A stretch of DNA of 64,000 nucleotides from Alphaproteobacteria bacterium (GTDB lineage: Bacteria; Pseudomonadota; Alphaproteobacteria; UBA6615): contig JANQOE010000059.1 of NCBI GenBank assembly GCA_028279245.1, positions 236 to 64,235 of the forward strand, read 5' to 3'. A program made the position numbers and the translations under genes. Position 1 is the stretch's first letter; the number at the start of each line of letters is the position of its first letter. The notes under the pieces were generated by a model. The model was not told the DNA's origin. It saw only the letters and a list, made by a program, of their open reading frames with translations, and made no database searches. Shown here in pieces: positions 36,314 to 45,559 of this stretch.

Positions 36314-37651
36314 ATGCCGTCTTCGCCGAACCAGCGGCTGGCCAAAACCTTTCTCGAGGAAGAGAAGCGGGGCGTCACCTGGTCAATGCAGGGCCGGCTG
36401 GCCGCCATCGCCATCATTGCGATCTGGGTCTCGGTCGACAACTTCGGCTTAGACACCGTCTATTTTCTCGGATTGCTCGGCTGTTTTGCGGCCCTTGGGA
36501 CCGGGCTGCTTCTGTTGAGCCGAAGCGCGATCTACGCACCATGGATGAAGTATGCGTTCGTCGCTTTGGACGCGGCGCTGCTCACCTTCACACTGCTGGT
36601 TCCGAGCCCCTTCCGCGACTTTGTGTTCGATATCCAACTGCAGCTCCGGTTCGGCAACTTCCCGTACTTCTTCGTGATCCTGGTTGGGATTGCGGCGTTC
36701 ACCTATTCACCGCGCTTTGTCGTCACTGCCGGGGTCATCTGTGCATTCGCGTGGGCGGTCGGCGCCTCACTAATCATCTTCCGGCCTGACACGCTCACCT
36801 TTCAGAATGCGCCACCCGCCACCACCGCCGAGGAGATAGGCCGGATCTATCTCGACCCCAGCTTCGTCGCCACCAATACCAGGATCACCGAGATCCTCAC
36901 GATTCTCATCGTGGCGGGTATTCTCACCAGCGCCGCGTCCCGGTCACGGGAACTGGTTGTATCCCAGGCGGAAGCGGCACGGCAGCGCGCCAACCTAGCG
37001 CGCTACCTGTCCCCCAACATGCTGGAGCAACTGTCCACCACCGACGAGCCGTTTGGCAGTGTTCAGGAACAGCAGGCCGCCGTCCTGTTCGTTGACATCG
37101 TCGGCTTTACCGAGATGTCCACACAACAGTCACCGCAGGAGGTGATCGGGTTGCTGCGCGAGTTCCACAGCCGCATGGCGCAATCGGTCTTTGCCAACAA
37201 CGGCACGCTCGACAAGTTTATCGGCGACGGCGTGATGGCAACGTTCGGCACCCCGAAGCCACAGGAGGACGATGCAGGACGCGCCCTCAAATGCGCGCAA
37301 GACATGCTGCGGACCGTCGCCGCGTGGAATGAGCAGCGCCTCAGCGCCGGGCAACACCCAATTCACGTTGGGATCGGCGTGCATTTCGGACCGGTCGTGA
37401 CCGGCGACACCGGCGACCGGCACCGGCTTGAGTTTGCCGTTGTCGGCGACACGGTGAACGTGGCCAGCCGGCTCGAACGCCTGACCCGCGAACTCAACGT
37501 CGCCCTGGCCGTCAGCCACGAGGTCACCGCCGCCGCCGGGCTCAGCCCCAGAGGCGCCGAGGCCATCGGACTACGGCACCACGGTCCTGTGACACTGCGC
37601 GGCCGGGCGCAACACCAGATAGACGTCTGGACACAGACAGCCGCCTCGTAA
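36314..37651 (+). CDS. Membrane-bound class III adenylate/guanylate cyclase
   Basis: About 200 aa of N-terminal hydrophobic segments, then the cyclase core AAVLFVDIVGFTEMS, KFIGDGVMATFG and AVVGDTVNVASRLE. Confidence 0.85.
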   Translation: MPSSPNQRLAKTFLEEEKRGVTWSMQGRLAAIAIIAIWVSVDNFGLDTVYFLGLLGCFAALGTGLLLLSRSAIYAPWMKYAFVALDAALLTFTLLVPSPFRDFVFDIQLQLRFGNFPYFFVILVGIAAFTYSPRFVVTAGVICAFAWAVGASLIIFRPDTLTFQNAPPATTAEEIGRIYLDPSFVATNTRITEILTILIVAGILTSAASRSRELVVSQAEAARQRANLARYLSPNMLEQLSTTDEPFGSVQEQQAAVLFVDIVGFTEMSTQQSPQEVIGLLREFHSRMAQSVFANNGTLDKFIGDGVMATFGTPKPQEDDAGRALKCAQDMLRTVAAWNEQRLSAGQHPIHVGIGVHFGPVVTGDTGDRHRLEFAVVGDTVNVASRLERLTRELNVALAVSHEVTAAAGLSPRGAEAIGLRHHGPVTLRGRAQHQIDVWTQTAAS

Positions 37652-37784
37652 CAGGCGGAACACATAGCTCGCCTGCAGTTTGTCGATTTTACCGAGACCA
37701 GCCGTCACAATAGCGGGCACACGTATCTTGGTCACGACATGATCCGGGTGCAGTATTGAGGTATTGGCGTAAGGGAGAAAAGCG

Positions 37785-38183
37785 ATGCCGACCAAGACAC
37801 ACGGCCTTTTTCACTGGAACGAGCTCATGACCTGGAGCGTCGACAAGGCCAAGGCTTTCTACGCGGACACGCTGGGCTGGAGCTACCAAGACTTCCCAAT
37901 GGCGGACGGTGCGAACTACACGGTCTGTATGGCCGGCGAGGAAGTGGCCGGCGGCATCTGGGAGATGACACCGGGCACGGGCATGGACGGCGTCCCGGAT
38001 CACTGGTTCGCCTACATTACCGTCGATGACGTCGACGCCCGGATCGCCAAAGTTCGAGACGCAGGTGGCGAAGTCGTCAAAGAGCCGTTCGACGTACCGC
38101 AGGTTGGCCGCATCGCGACGGTGAAGGATAAGGCCGGCGCGGTCGTCGGCTGGATCACCCCACCGACCAAGAGTAGCGCGTAG
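37785..38183 (+). CDS. VOC (glyoxalase/bleomycin-resistance fold) family protein
   Basis: 132 aa. ATG preceded by AAGGGAGAA. Pattern FHWNELMT...AKAFYADTLGW...GGEVVKEPFDVPQVGRIA is typical of small VOC proteins. Confidence 0.75.
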   Translation: MPTKTHGLFHWNELMTWSVDKAKAFYADTLGWSYQDFPMADGANYTVCMAGEEVAGGIWEMTPGTGMDGVPDHWFAYITVDDVDARIAKVRDAGGEVVKEPFDVPQVGRIATVKDKAGAVVGWITPPTKSSA

Positions 38184-38225
38184 GCCGATGGCCGGGGACA
38201 TGCTGTCGCCCGGCCATCGAACCGC

Positions 38226-38873
38226 CTAGCCTCGTTTGAGGCGGTCGCCGAAGTTGGCCTGGAGCTTTTCTACTTTCGGCTTTGCGTTGAAGGCGATGTA
38301 GGGCTGTGCCGGGTTTCGGGCCGCATAGTCCTGATGATAGGCCTCGGCCTCGTAGAAGGCCTCGATCGGTTCGAGCTTGGTCGCGATCGGCGCGTCGAAT
38401 ACAGCGGCGCCGTCGAGTTGCTTGATGTAGGCCTCGGCGATCCGCCGCTGCTCTTCGTCCGCATAGAAAATTGCCGATCGGTACTGCCGGCCGACATCGG
38501 CCCCTTGCCGGTCGACCTGAGTCGGGTCGTGGGCGATCGAGAAGAAGATCTTCAGCAGTTGCCCCAACGAGACACGCTGCGGATCGAAGCGGATGAGCAC
38601 GACCTCCGCGTGATCGGTCGCGCCACTGCAGACGCGTTCATAAGTCGCGGTCTCTTGCGTGTCCCCGGCATAGCCGGAGGTGACGGTAAGGACACCGTCC
38701 AGCTCCTTGTAGACCGCCTCGACGCACCAGAAGCAGCCGCCCGCAAGGATAATGGTCTGTTCACCCGCCACCGCTTCGGAGTCCAACACAGGATCCGGAA
38801 AGACGTCTGGTTTGACTGTGGCGCCCTTGCGCCCAAACAACCCGCTCAGCGCCATAAGGCCCTCCTCGCTCAA
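38226..38873 (-). CDS. msrA: Peptide-methionine (S)-S-oxide reductase
   Basis: Catalytic motif GGCFWCVEAVY with HDPTQ and YHQDY. An alternative start lies 18 nt downstream (38855). Confidence 0.9.
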   Translation of the reverse strand: MSEEGLMALSGLFGRKGATVKPDVFPDPVLDSEAVAGEQTIILAGGCFWCVEAVYKELDGVLTVTSGYAGDTQETATYERVCSGATDHAEVVLIRFDPQRVSLGQLLKIFFSIAHDPTQVDRQGADVGRQYRSAIFYADEEQRRIAEAYIKQLDGAAVFDAPIATKLEPIEAFYEAEAYHQDYAARNPAQPYIAFNAKPKVEKLQANFGDRLKRG

Positions 38874-38942
38874 TCTGCTTCAGTTCGGCCATCTGAATGT
38901 GGGGCACACCGGCCCAATCGAAAACATCTTCCGTCAGATGTG

Positions 38943-40208
38943 ATGGCAACTGTCCCCGGGACGCGGCCGGACTTATCTATTGATAGTCCACCGCAGATCG
39001 TTTTGCCGATGACAAATCAAGCCGTTCCGCGACTAGGTTCTTATGCGGGCCCATCCGTGTTCAGATACGGATTCCGGCCCTTCTTCCTTGGCGCGAGCAT
39101 CTGGGCCATCGTCGCTATCTTCCTCTGGATGGGCATCCTCCACGGCGGACTGGATCTGCCAACCGCGAGCCCACCCGTCCTCTGGCATACCCACGAACTC
39201 TTGTTTGGCTATCTCACCGCCGCCGTGGCCGGCTTCCTGCTGACCGCCATCCCAAATTGGACCGGTCAACTGCCGCTCCGCGGCTGGCCCCTAGCCGCGC
39301 TCGCCGCCTTATGGCTCGCGGGCCGGGTCGCCGTCGCTGCCAGCGCCACCATCGGTCCTTTCCTAGCCGCCGCCATCGACCTCAGCTTTCTAGCAGTGCT
39401 ACTGATGGTCGTGCTTCGTGAAATCCTGTCGGGCAAGAATTGGCGGAACCTGCCAATGGTCGTCGCCCTTCTGTTATTGCTCGTCGCCAACGCCCTCACC
39501 CATCTCGGTCCCATCCTGAGCAACGCCGCGGATCAGTACGGGATTCGCCTGGGGATCGCGACAATCACCATGCTGATCGCCCTTATCGGCGGCCGCATTA
39601 TCCCAAGCTTCACCCGTAACTGGCTGAAGAAGCGCGGCGCCGCCGCCTTGCCAGCCGGATTCGGCACGGTGGATCGGTTGGCGCTCCTGGCCACCCTCAT
39701 CGCCATGATCGCTTGGATTGCGCTACCGGATACAACGGCCACCGGCTGGATGCTCGTTCTCGTGGCCACCGCCCATGCCTATAGGATGAGCTGTTGGCGG
39801 CCCGGCGCCACGCTCGCCGAGCCTCTGTTGGCGGTTCTCCACCTCGGCTACGCCTGGCTACCCCTCGCCTTCCTGCTGCTTGGCTTCGGAGCGTTGGGTC
39901 TCGTCTCGGCGACCGCGGGACTTCACGCGCTGACAGTCGGTGCCATGGGAACCATGACCCTGGCTGTAATGACCCGGGCCACCTTGGGACATACGGGGCG
40001 CGAGTTGAAAGCCAATTCGGCCACGACAGCGATCTTCGTGCTGATCACCTTCGCCGCCATTACACGGGTTCTCGCCAGCTTGTTCCTGGGCACCGGCCCC
40101 GGCCTGATCAACATCTCAAGCGTCTTCTGGATACTCGCATTCGGCCTGTTTGTCGGCGTGTACGGGCCGATCTTGCTCCGGCCGGCGCAATCGGGCCTTC
40201 GGACATGA
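38943..40208 (+). CDS. nnrS: NnrS family membrane protein
   Basis: Polytopic, with the conserved FRPFFLGASIWA...WHTHELLFGY...AGFLLTAIPNWTG. Start is ambiguous (ATG 38943 or ATG 39009). The 5' part of track ORF 38334 is antisense to msrA and is not used. Confidence 0.8.
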   Translation: MATVPGTRPDLSIDSPPQIVLPMTNQAVPRLGSYAGPSVFRYGFRPFFLGASIWAIVAIFLWMGILHGGLDLPTASPPVLWHTHELLFGYLTAAVAGFLLTAIPNWTGQLPLRGWPLAALAALWLAGRVAVAASATIGPFLAAAIDLSFLAVLLMVVLREILSGKNWRNLPMVVALLLLLVANALTHLGPILSNAADQYGIRLGIATITMLIALIGGRIIPSFTRNWLKKRGAAALPAGFGTVDRLALLATLIAMIAWIALPDTTATGWMLVLVATAHAYRMSCWRPGATLAEPLLAVLHLGYAWLPLAFLLLGFGALGLVSATAGLHALTVGAMGTMTLAVMTRATLGHTGRELKANSATTAIFVLITFAAITRVLASLFLGTGPGLINISSVFWILAFGLFVGVYGPILLRPAQSGLRT

Positions 40209-40552
40209 TCTATTACGAACAACTCGACGACCGGCTCCGCGAGTATGTCGATGCGCTGACGGCCCATGCGCAAACAGCTCTGTGGCCGGAACGCAGCCGG
40301 GCGCTGGAGAGCTTCCGGCGCGGCATCAAGCGGAGCGATGAGCAGGATATCAAGGCGGCGGTAGCGGCCACCGGCGCCGACCTCCCGCTCTATCTCGATC
40401 CGAGCGAATCCCTGTTCCGCCTGGTACTGACGGCCTACCTTGAACAGCTCGGCCCCGATGAAGTAAACAACCCGGATCAGGCCTCGCTCTACGCCCAATC
40501 CCTGGACCAACGGCACACGACGTTATCCCAAAAGTGGTTTAACCACAGATGA
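40205..40552 (+). CDS. Hypothetical 115-aa protein, translationally coupled to nnrS
   Basis: ATG 40205 overlaps the nnrS stop (ATGA). Soluble and helical-looking (MIYYEQLDDRLREYVDALTAHAQ...). No family recognised. Confidence 0.5.
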   Translation: MIYYEQLDDRLREYVDALTAHAQTALWPERSRALESFRRGIKRSDEQDIKAAVAATGADLPLYLDPSESLFRLVLTAYLEQLGPDEVNNPDQASLYAQSLDQRHTTLSQKWFNHR

Positions 40553-40629
40553 GCACCCTTTCTGGGTGCTGATCCGAAGTCTTAGCGGCGGCGCCGCGGT
40601 AGACCGGAAGAAACCGCACCCGGAACACC

Positions 40630-40660
40630 TTGACAAGCGACCCTGTCCAGCCTTTATAGC
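40630..40660 (+). promoter_or_regulatory. Putative sigma70-type promoter of groESL
   Basis: Consensus -35 TTGACA (40630-40635). TATA-containing -10 candidates follow at a 17-19 nt spacing (TTTATAGC, 40653-40660), directly upstream of CIRCE. Confidence 0.5.
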
Positions 40661-40666
40661 GCCTTG

Positions 40667-40693
40667 TTAGCACTCGTCGGGAGAGAGTGCTAA
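40667..40693 (+). promoter_or_regulatory. CIRCE operator (HrcA binding site)
   Basis: Exact match to the CIRCE consensus TTAGCACTC-N9-GAGTGCTAA (40667-40675 / 40685-40693), 35 nt upstream of groES. Confidence 0.9.
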
Positions 40694-40727
40694 CGATCCC
40701 GTTTGGTCTATGTCAGAGAGGAATGGA

Positions 40728-41045
40728 ATGAATTTCCGACCCTTGCACGACCGGGTCGTGGTTCGTCGATTGGAAGAAGACGAGCGCACATCCGGCGGCA
40801 TCATTATCCCCGATACTGCCAAAGAAAAGCCGATGCAGGGCCAGGTTCTGGCCGTTGGTGCAGGCGGCCGCGACGATTCCGGCAAGCTTGTTCCCTTGGA
40901 TGTCAAGGCGGGCGACACCATCATCTTCGGCAAGTGGTCGGGGACCGAGGTCAAGATCGAGGGTGAAGACCTTCTGATCATGAAGGAATCCGACATCATG
41001 GGCATCGTCGAGAAATCCGGGAAGAAGTCCCGGAAGGCCGCCTAA
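40728..41045 (+). CDS. groES: Co-chaperonin GroES
   Basis: [35 protein letters not shown]... ATG 40728 follows AGAGAGGAA. The track start at 40710 adds 6 aa. Carries a basic C-terminal tail [11 protein letters not shown]. Confidence 0.9.
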   Translation: MNFRPLHDRVVVRRLEEDERTSGGIIIPDTAKEKPMQGQVLAVGAGGRDDSGKLVPLDVKAGDTIIFGKWSGTEVKIEGEDLLIMKESDIMGIVEKSGKKSRKAA

Positions 41046-41052
41046 GGAGTAG

Positions 41053-42708
<1,656 letters not shown>

Positions 42709-42737
42709 CTTCGGCTACAATCCAGATTGTTCTGCCG

Positions 42738-42768
42738 GAAGGGGCTGCTTTGCAGCCCCTTCTTTTTT
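42738..42768 (+). terminator. Rho-independent terminator of groESL
   Basis: 11-bp stem GAAGGGGCTGC (42738-42748) / GCAGCCCCTTC (42752-42762) with a 3-nt loop, followed by TTTTTT (42763-42768). Confidence 0.85.
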
Positions 42769-42835
42769 CCGTTCACCAACGAGTAACCGCCGCGCCTTAG
42801 GCTTCGCCATATCTCAATTTCCGCGAGTATATCGC

Positions 42836-43339
42836 ATGTTCGTATCGCGCCGTTTTGCCCTCGCCGCGTCGCTCGTCCTTACCCTGGGCGCCAGCCCGGC
42901 GGTTGCTGACAAATCCAATAATATTCGGACGCTGATCGAACTCACCAATGCGTCCGGCATGGCCAGCCAAATGGCCGGAATAATGCTCCAGGGGATCGAG
43001 CCGTTGATCCAGCAGACCATCGCCTCAGCCGAACCCGGCGTGGACGCCAACCGCATCACCGCGATCATGATCGAAGAAATCAACGCGGAGTTCGAACGCT
43101 CTGCCGACCAACTCGTTTCGGCGACAATCCCAATCTGGGATCGCCACATGTCGGAAGCGGAGATCCATGAGCTGATCCAGTTCTACCGCACACCCCTCGG
43201 CCAGAAACTCATCCAAGTCCAGCCGCAGATCATTCAAGAAAGCAACGTGGCGCTGCAGCCGATCGGGCTCGCCGTTGCCGAACGCGCTATTCAGTCCGCC
43301 ATGGAACGGCTGGTGAGTGAGGGTCTGGTCAGGCCGTAG
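42836..43339 (+). CDS. DUF2059-like periplasmic protein
   Basis: ATG 42836 with signal peptide MFVSRRFALAASLVLTLGASPAVA. Contains the FYRTPLGQKLI motif characteristic of this family (from memory). Confidence 0.65.
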   Translation: MFVSRRFALAASLVLTLGASPAVADKSNNIRTLIELTNASGMASQMAGIMLQGIEPLIQQTIASAEPGVDANRITAIMIEEINAEFERSADQLVSATIPIWDRHMSEAEIHELIQFYRTPLGQKLIQVQPQIIQESNVALQPIGLAVAERAIQSAMERLVSEGLVRP

Positions 43340-43360
43340 CCACCAATGACACTTACGCGG

Positions 43361-43750
43361 CTATTGCCGGTGCTCTGTCCCCTCGCCCGCAGTAATGAAC
43401 ATCAGTCGGCCCGGCTCACGAACCTCGAAGCGATGCCAAACGCCCTTCGGCACGATTGCGACATGGCCGCTCGGCACCGCGACACGCTCTGGCCCCGCCG
43501 GTAAGTCGAACACCAAGTCAACCGCGGCTGACACGGCAACAATCACCTCATCTCCCGCCGGATGCATCTCCCACCCAGTCATGTCACTCTTAACGTCAGA
43601 CGTGGTGAGCAACCGACCCTTTAGTTTGATGTCACCGCGTGCAAGCCGGTCCCAAAAGTCCGGCGTATTGGTGAACCTCACGACGGTCCCATCATCCGCC
43701 ATATCGAGGAAAGTCGCGGTTGGGTCCAGAATCGCGTCGGTCACAGGCAC
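43361..43750 (-). CDS. Cupin domain protein
   Basis: 129 aa with cupin motifs WEMHPAGDEVI and GHVAIVPKGVWHRF. Confidence 0.7.
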   Translation of the reverse strand: MPVTDAILDPTATFLDMADDGTVVRFTNTPDFWDRLARGDIKLKGRLLTTSDVKSDMTGWEMHPAGDEVIVAVSAAVDLVFDLPAGPERVAVPSGHVAIVPKGVWHRFEVREPGRLMFITAGEGTEHRQ

Positions 43751-43756
43751 GCCCGG

Positions 43757-44083
43757 TCAATCGGCACAGTCGACACACTTCGCCACTGTCGGGTCGATCT
43801 CCAAACGTTTCGGCGCGATATCCTCGCCGCATTCAACGCACGCCCCATACTCGCCCTCCGCCAAGCGTTGCAACGCCCCATCAATCCGCCGCAGCTGCGC
43901 CTGACGCCGGTCTTCCTGCGCTTGTGCCATGGCTTGCACTTGCATCGCGTCCATGCGTGACAAACGCCCGACGCTCTGTTGATCGAGTTCGACCGGTCGC
44001 CGGTCATCGGTTGTTTCGGCACTGTTCTTCAGCAGCGTGTTACGCAGCGCTTCCAACGTCTGCCGTACCTTTTTCTCTTCCAT
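43757..44083 (-). CDS. DksA/TraR family C4-type zinc-finger protein
   Basis: 108 aa with C-terminal CVECGEDI...KCVDCA and an upstream coiled-coil-like region. 6 nt upstream of the cupin gene. Confidence 0.8.
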   Translation of the reverse strand: MEEKKVRQTLEALRNTLLKNSAETTDDRRPVELDQQSVGRLSRMDAMQVQAMAQAQEDRRQAQLRRIDGALQRLAEGEYGACVECGEDIAPKRLEIDPTVAKCVDCAD

Positions 44084-44170
44084 TGACGCACATCACCGGT
44101 GGCCATACATCGCCCATACTAGCACGCTTCAATAGTCGCGGGGCTGCCCGCGCGTTTCCGGGAGAGTCGA

Positions 44171-45037
44171 TTGACCATTGAACGCCGCCCGTTCGGACGC
44201 ACCGGGCATCTGAGTTCTGCCGTCGTATTCGGCGGTGCCGCACTCGCCTCCGCGGACCAAGCGACCGCCGACCGCGTGTTCGAGTTGTTGCAGGACTTTG
44301 GGGTCAACCACATCGACGTCGCCGCATCCTACGGCAACGCCGAGTTGCGCATCGGTCCTTGGATGGAGCGACACCGGGACGACTTCTTCCTGGCCACCAA
44401 GACCGGCCAGCGCGACTACGAAAGCGCCAAGGCCGAAATCCGCCGCTCCCTTGAACGCCTTCGCACCGACCATGTCGATCTGCTGCAACTCCACGCGTTG
44501 ATCCACCCGGACGAATGGGATCAGGCCCTATCGCCCGGAGGTGCTTTGGATGCAGCGGTCGAGGCGCGAGAGGAAGGATTGGTCCGGCACATCGGCGTAA
44601 CCGGCCATGGCTGGAACGTCGCCGCGATGCACTACCGCAGCCTGGAGCGGTTTGATTTCGACTCCGTGCTGATGCCATGGAACTGGAATGCGTCCCAGCA
44701 TCGCACCTATGCCGCGGACTTCGAGAGGACCGTGGCGCTCTGCCAGGAACGCAACGTCGCGGTCCAGACCATCAAGTCGATCGCCCGCGGCCCCTGGGCA
44801 GCAGGCGCCAACCGCAATCACACGACCTGGTACCAGCCCCTCGAAAACGAAGATGCGATTGCAACCGCGGTGCAATGGGTCCTGGCGCGGCCCGGGATCT
44901 TTCTGGCGTCGGCCGGGGATGTCGATCTGCTACCGGCTGTTCTAAGGGCCGCCGATTCGGAGTTCGCAATGCCGAGCGACACCGTCATGGCCGGCTTCAA
45001 CCAGCAAAACGGCCTCGCCTCGATCTTCGGCTTGTAG
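44171..45037 (+). CDS. Aldo/keto reductase family oxidoreductase
   Basis: 288 aa with a TTG start. Pattern LGRTG...VVFGGAAL...[15 protein letters not shown] and DLLQLHAL is typical of the AKR fold. Confidence 0.8.
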   Translation: MTIERRPFGRTGHLSSAVVFGGAALASADQATADRVFELLQDFGVNHIDVAASYGNAELRIGPWMERHRDDFFLATKTGQRDYESAKAEIRRSLERLRTDHVDLLQLHALIHPDEWDQALSPGGALDAAVEAREEGLVRHIGVTGHGWNVAAMHYRSLERFDFDSVLMPWNWNASQHRTYAADFERTVALCQERNVAVQTIKSIARGPWAAGANRNHTTWYQPLENEDAIATAVQWVLARPGIFLASAGDVDLLPAVLRAADSEFAMPSDTVMAGFNQQNGLASIFGL

Positions 45038-45108
45038 GGACCGCGAGCGGAAACGTATTGTTATGCCAATCGCCAGATAAGTTGGCTGTCGGATCGTAGG
45101 GGAAGCTT

Positions 45109-45306
45109 ATGAAACACTGGGGTCTTCGTTGCCAGGGAAGCGTCGCGGCACTATTGCCGGCAAGCGCTTTTGCCCATGGCGGTCATGGCATGGAGCCGGG
45201 GTTCTGGCATGATGTCAGCCACGCCTTGCAGGGCGGCTTGCCGTTTGTGCTGATCGCAGTCTTGATGGGACTGCTCGCCATCTCGTGGAGCGTCCGCCGG
45301 CCCTAG
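45109..45306 (+). CDS. Small membrane protein, resembles the N-terminal quarter of HupE/UreJ-type proteins
   Basis: ATG follows AGGGGAAG. Signal-like N-terminus ending AFAHGGHG, then one TM segment (LPFVLIAVLMGLLAI). At 65 aa it is far shorter than full-length HupE/UreJ. Confidence 0.4.
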   Translation: MKHWGLRCQGSVAALLPASAFAHGGHGMEPGFWHDVSHALQGGLPFVLIAVLMGLLAISWSVRRP

Positions 45307-45308
45307 AC

Positions 45309-45554
45309 TCAGCCGCCGCCGATTTGCGGCATCAGAAACACTTCGCCATCCGGCGGGATCGCCTCGAGCCAAGCCTCTTGGTAGATCGTGCCATTAATCG
45401 CTACGGCCAGACCCTTCTCCAGATGTGGCTTGAGCCGCGGGTGCCGGTCGCCCAGCACCCGCAACAGTTGGCGGACCGACGAGACGTCTAGATCTAACTC
45501 CGCCTCGCCGTCCGCAAGCTTCGCCAAGTTGCCGGTCAATACGACCCGCGCCAC
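45309..45554 (-). CDS. MoaD/ThiS-family ubiquitin-like sulfur-carrier protein
   Basis: 81 aa ending in Gly-Gly (MPQIGGG) with beta-grasp-like length and pattern. 5 nt downstream of the Mo-subunit gene. Confidence 0.7.
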   Translation of the reverse strand: MARVVLTGNLAKLADGEAELDLDVSSVRQLLRVLGDRHPRLKPHLEKGLAVAINGTIYQEAWLEAIPPDGEVFLMPQIGGG

Positions 45555-45559
45555 TTAGC

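Noticed and set aside
37641-37658. Short hairpin CCGCCT-cgtaac-AGGCGG at the cyclase stop codon as a terminator
   Set aside because: The stem is only 6 bp, it overlaps the stop codon, and no U-tract follows, so the evidence is insufficient.
38334-38942. 5' 200 codons of the 624-aa ORF that ends as nnrS
   Set aside because: This part is antisense to msrA, which has the GCFWC motif. The NnrS-like sequence begins only around 38943-39009.
39794-40204. 5' part of the 252-aa ORF overlapping the nnrS 3' end
   Set aside because: It is out of frame within nnrS and Arg-rich. Only the portion from ATG 40205, coupled to the nnrS stop, looks like a gene.
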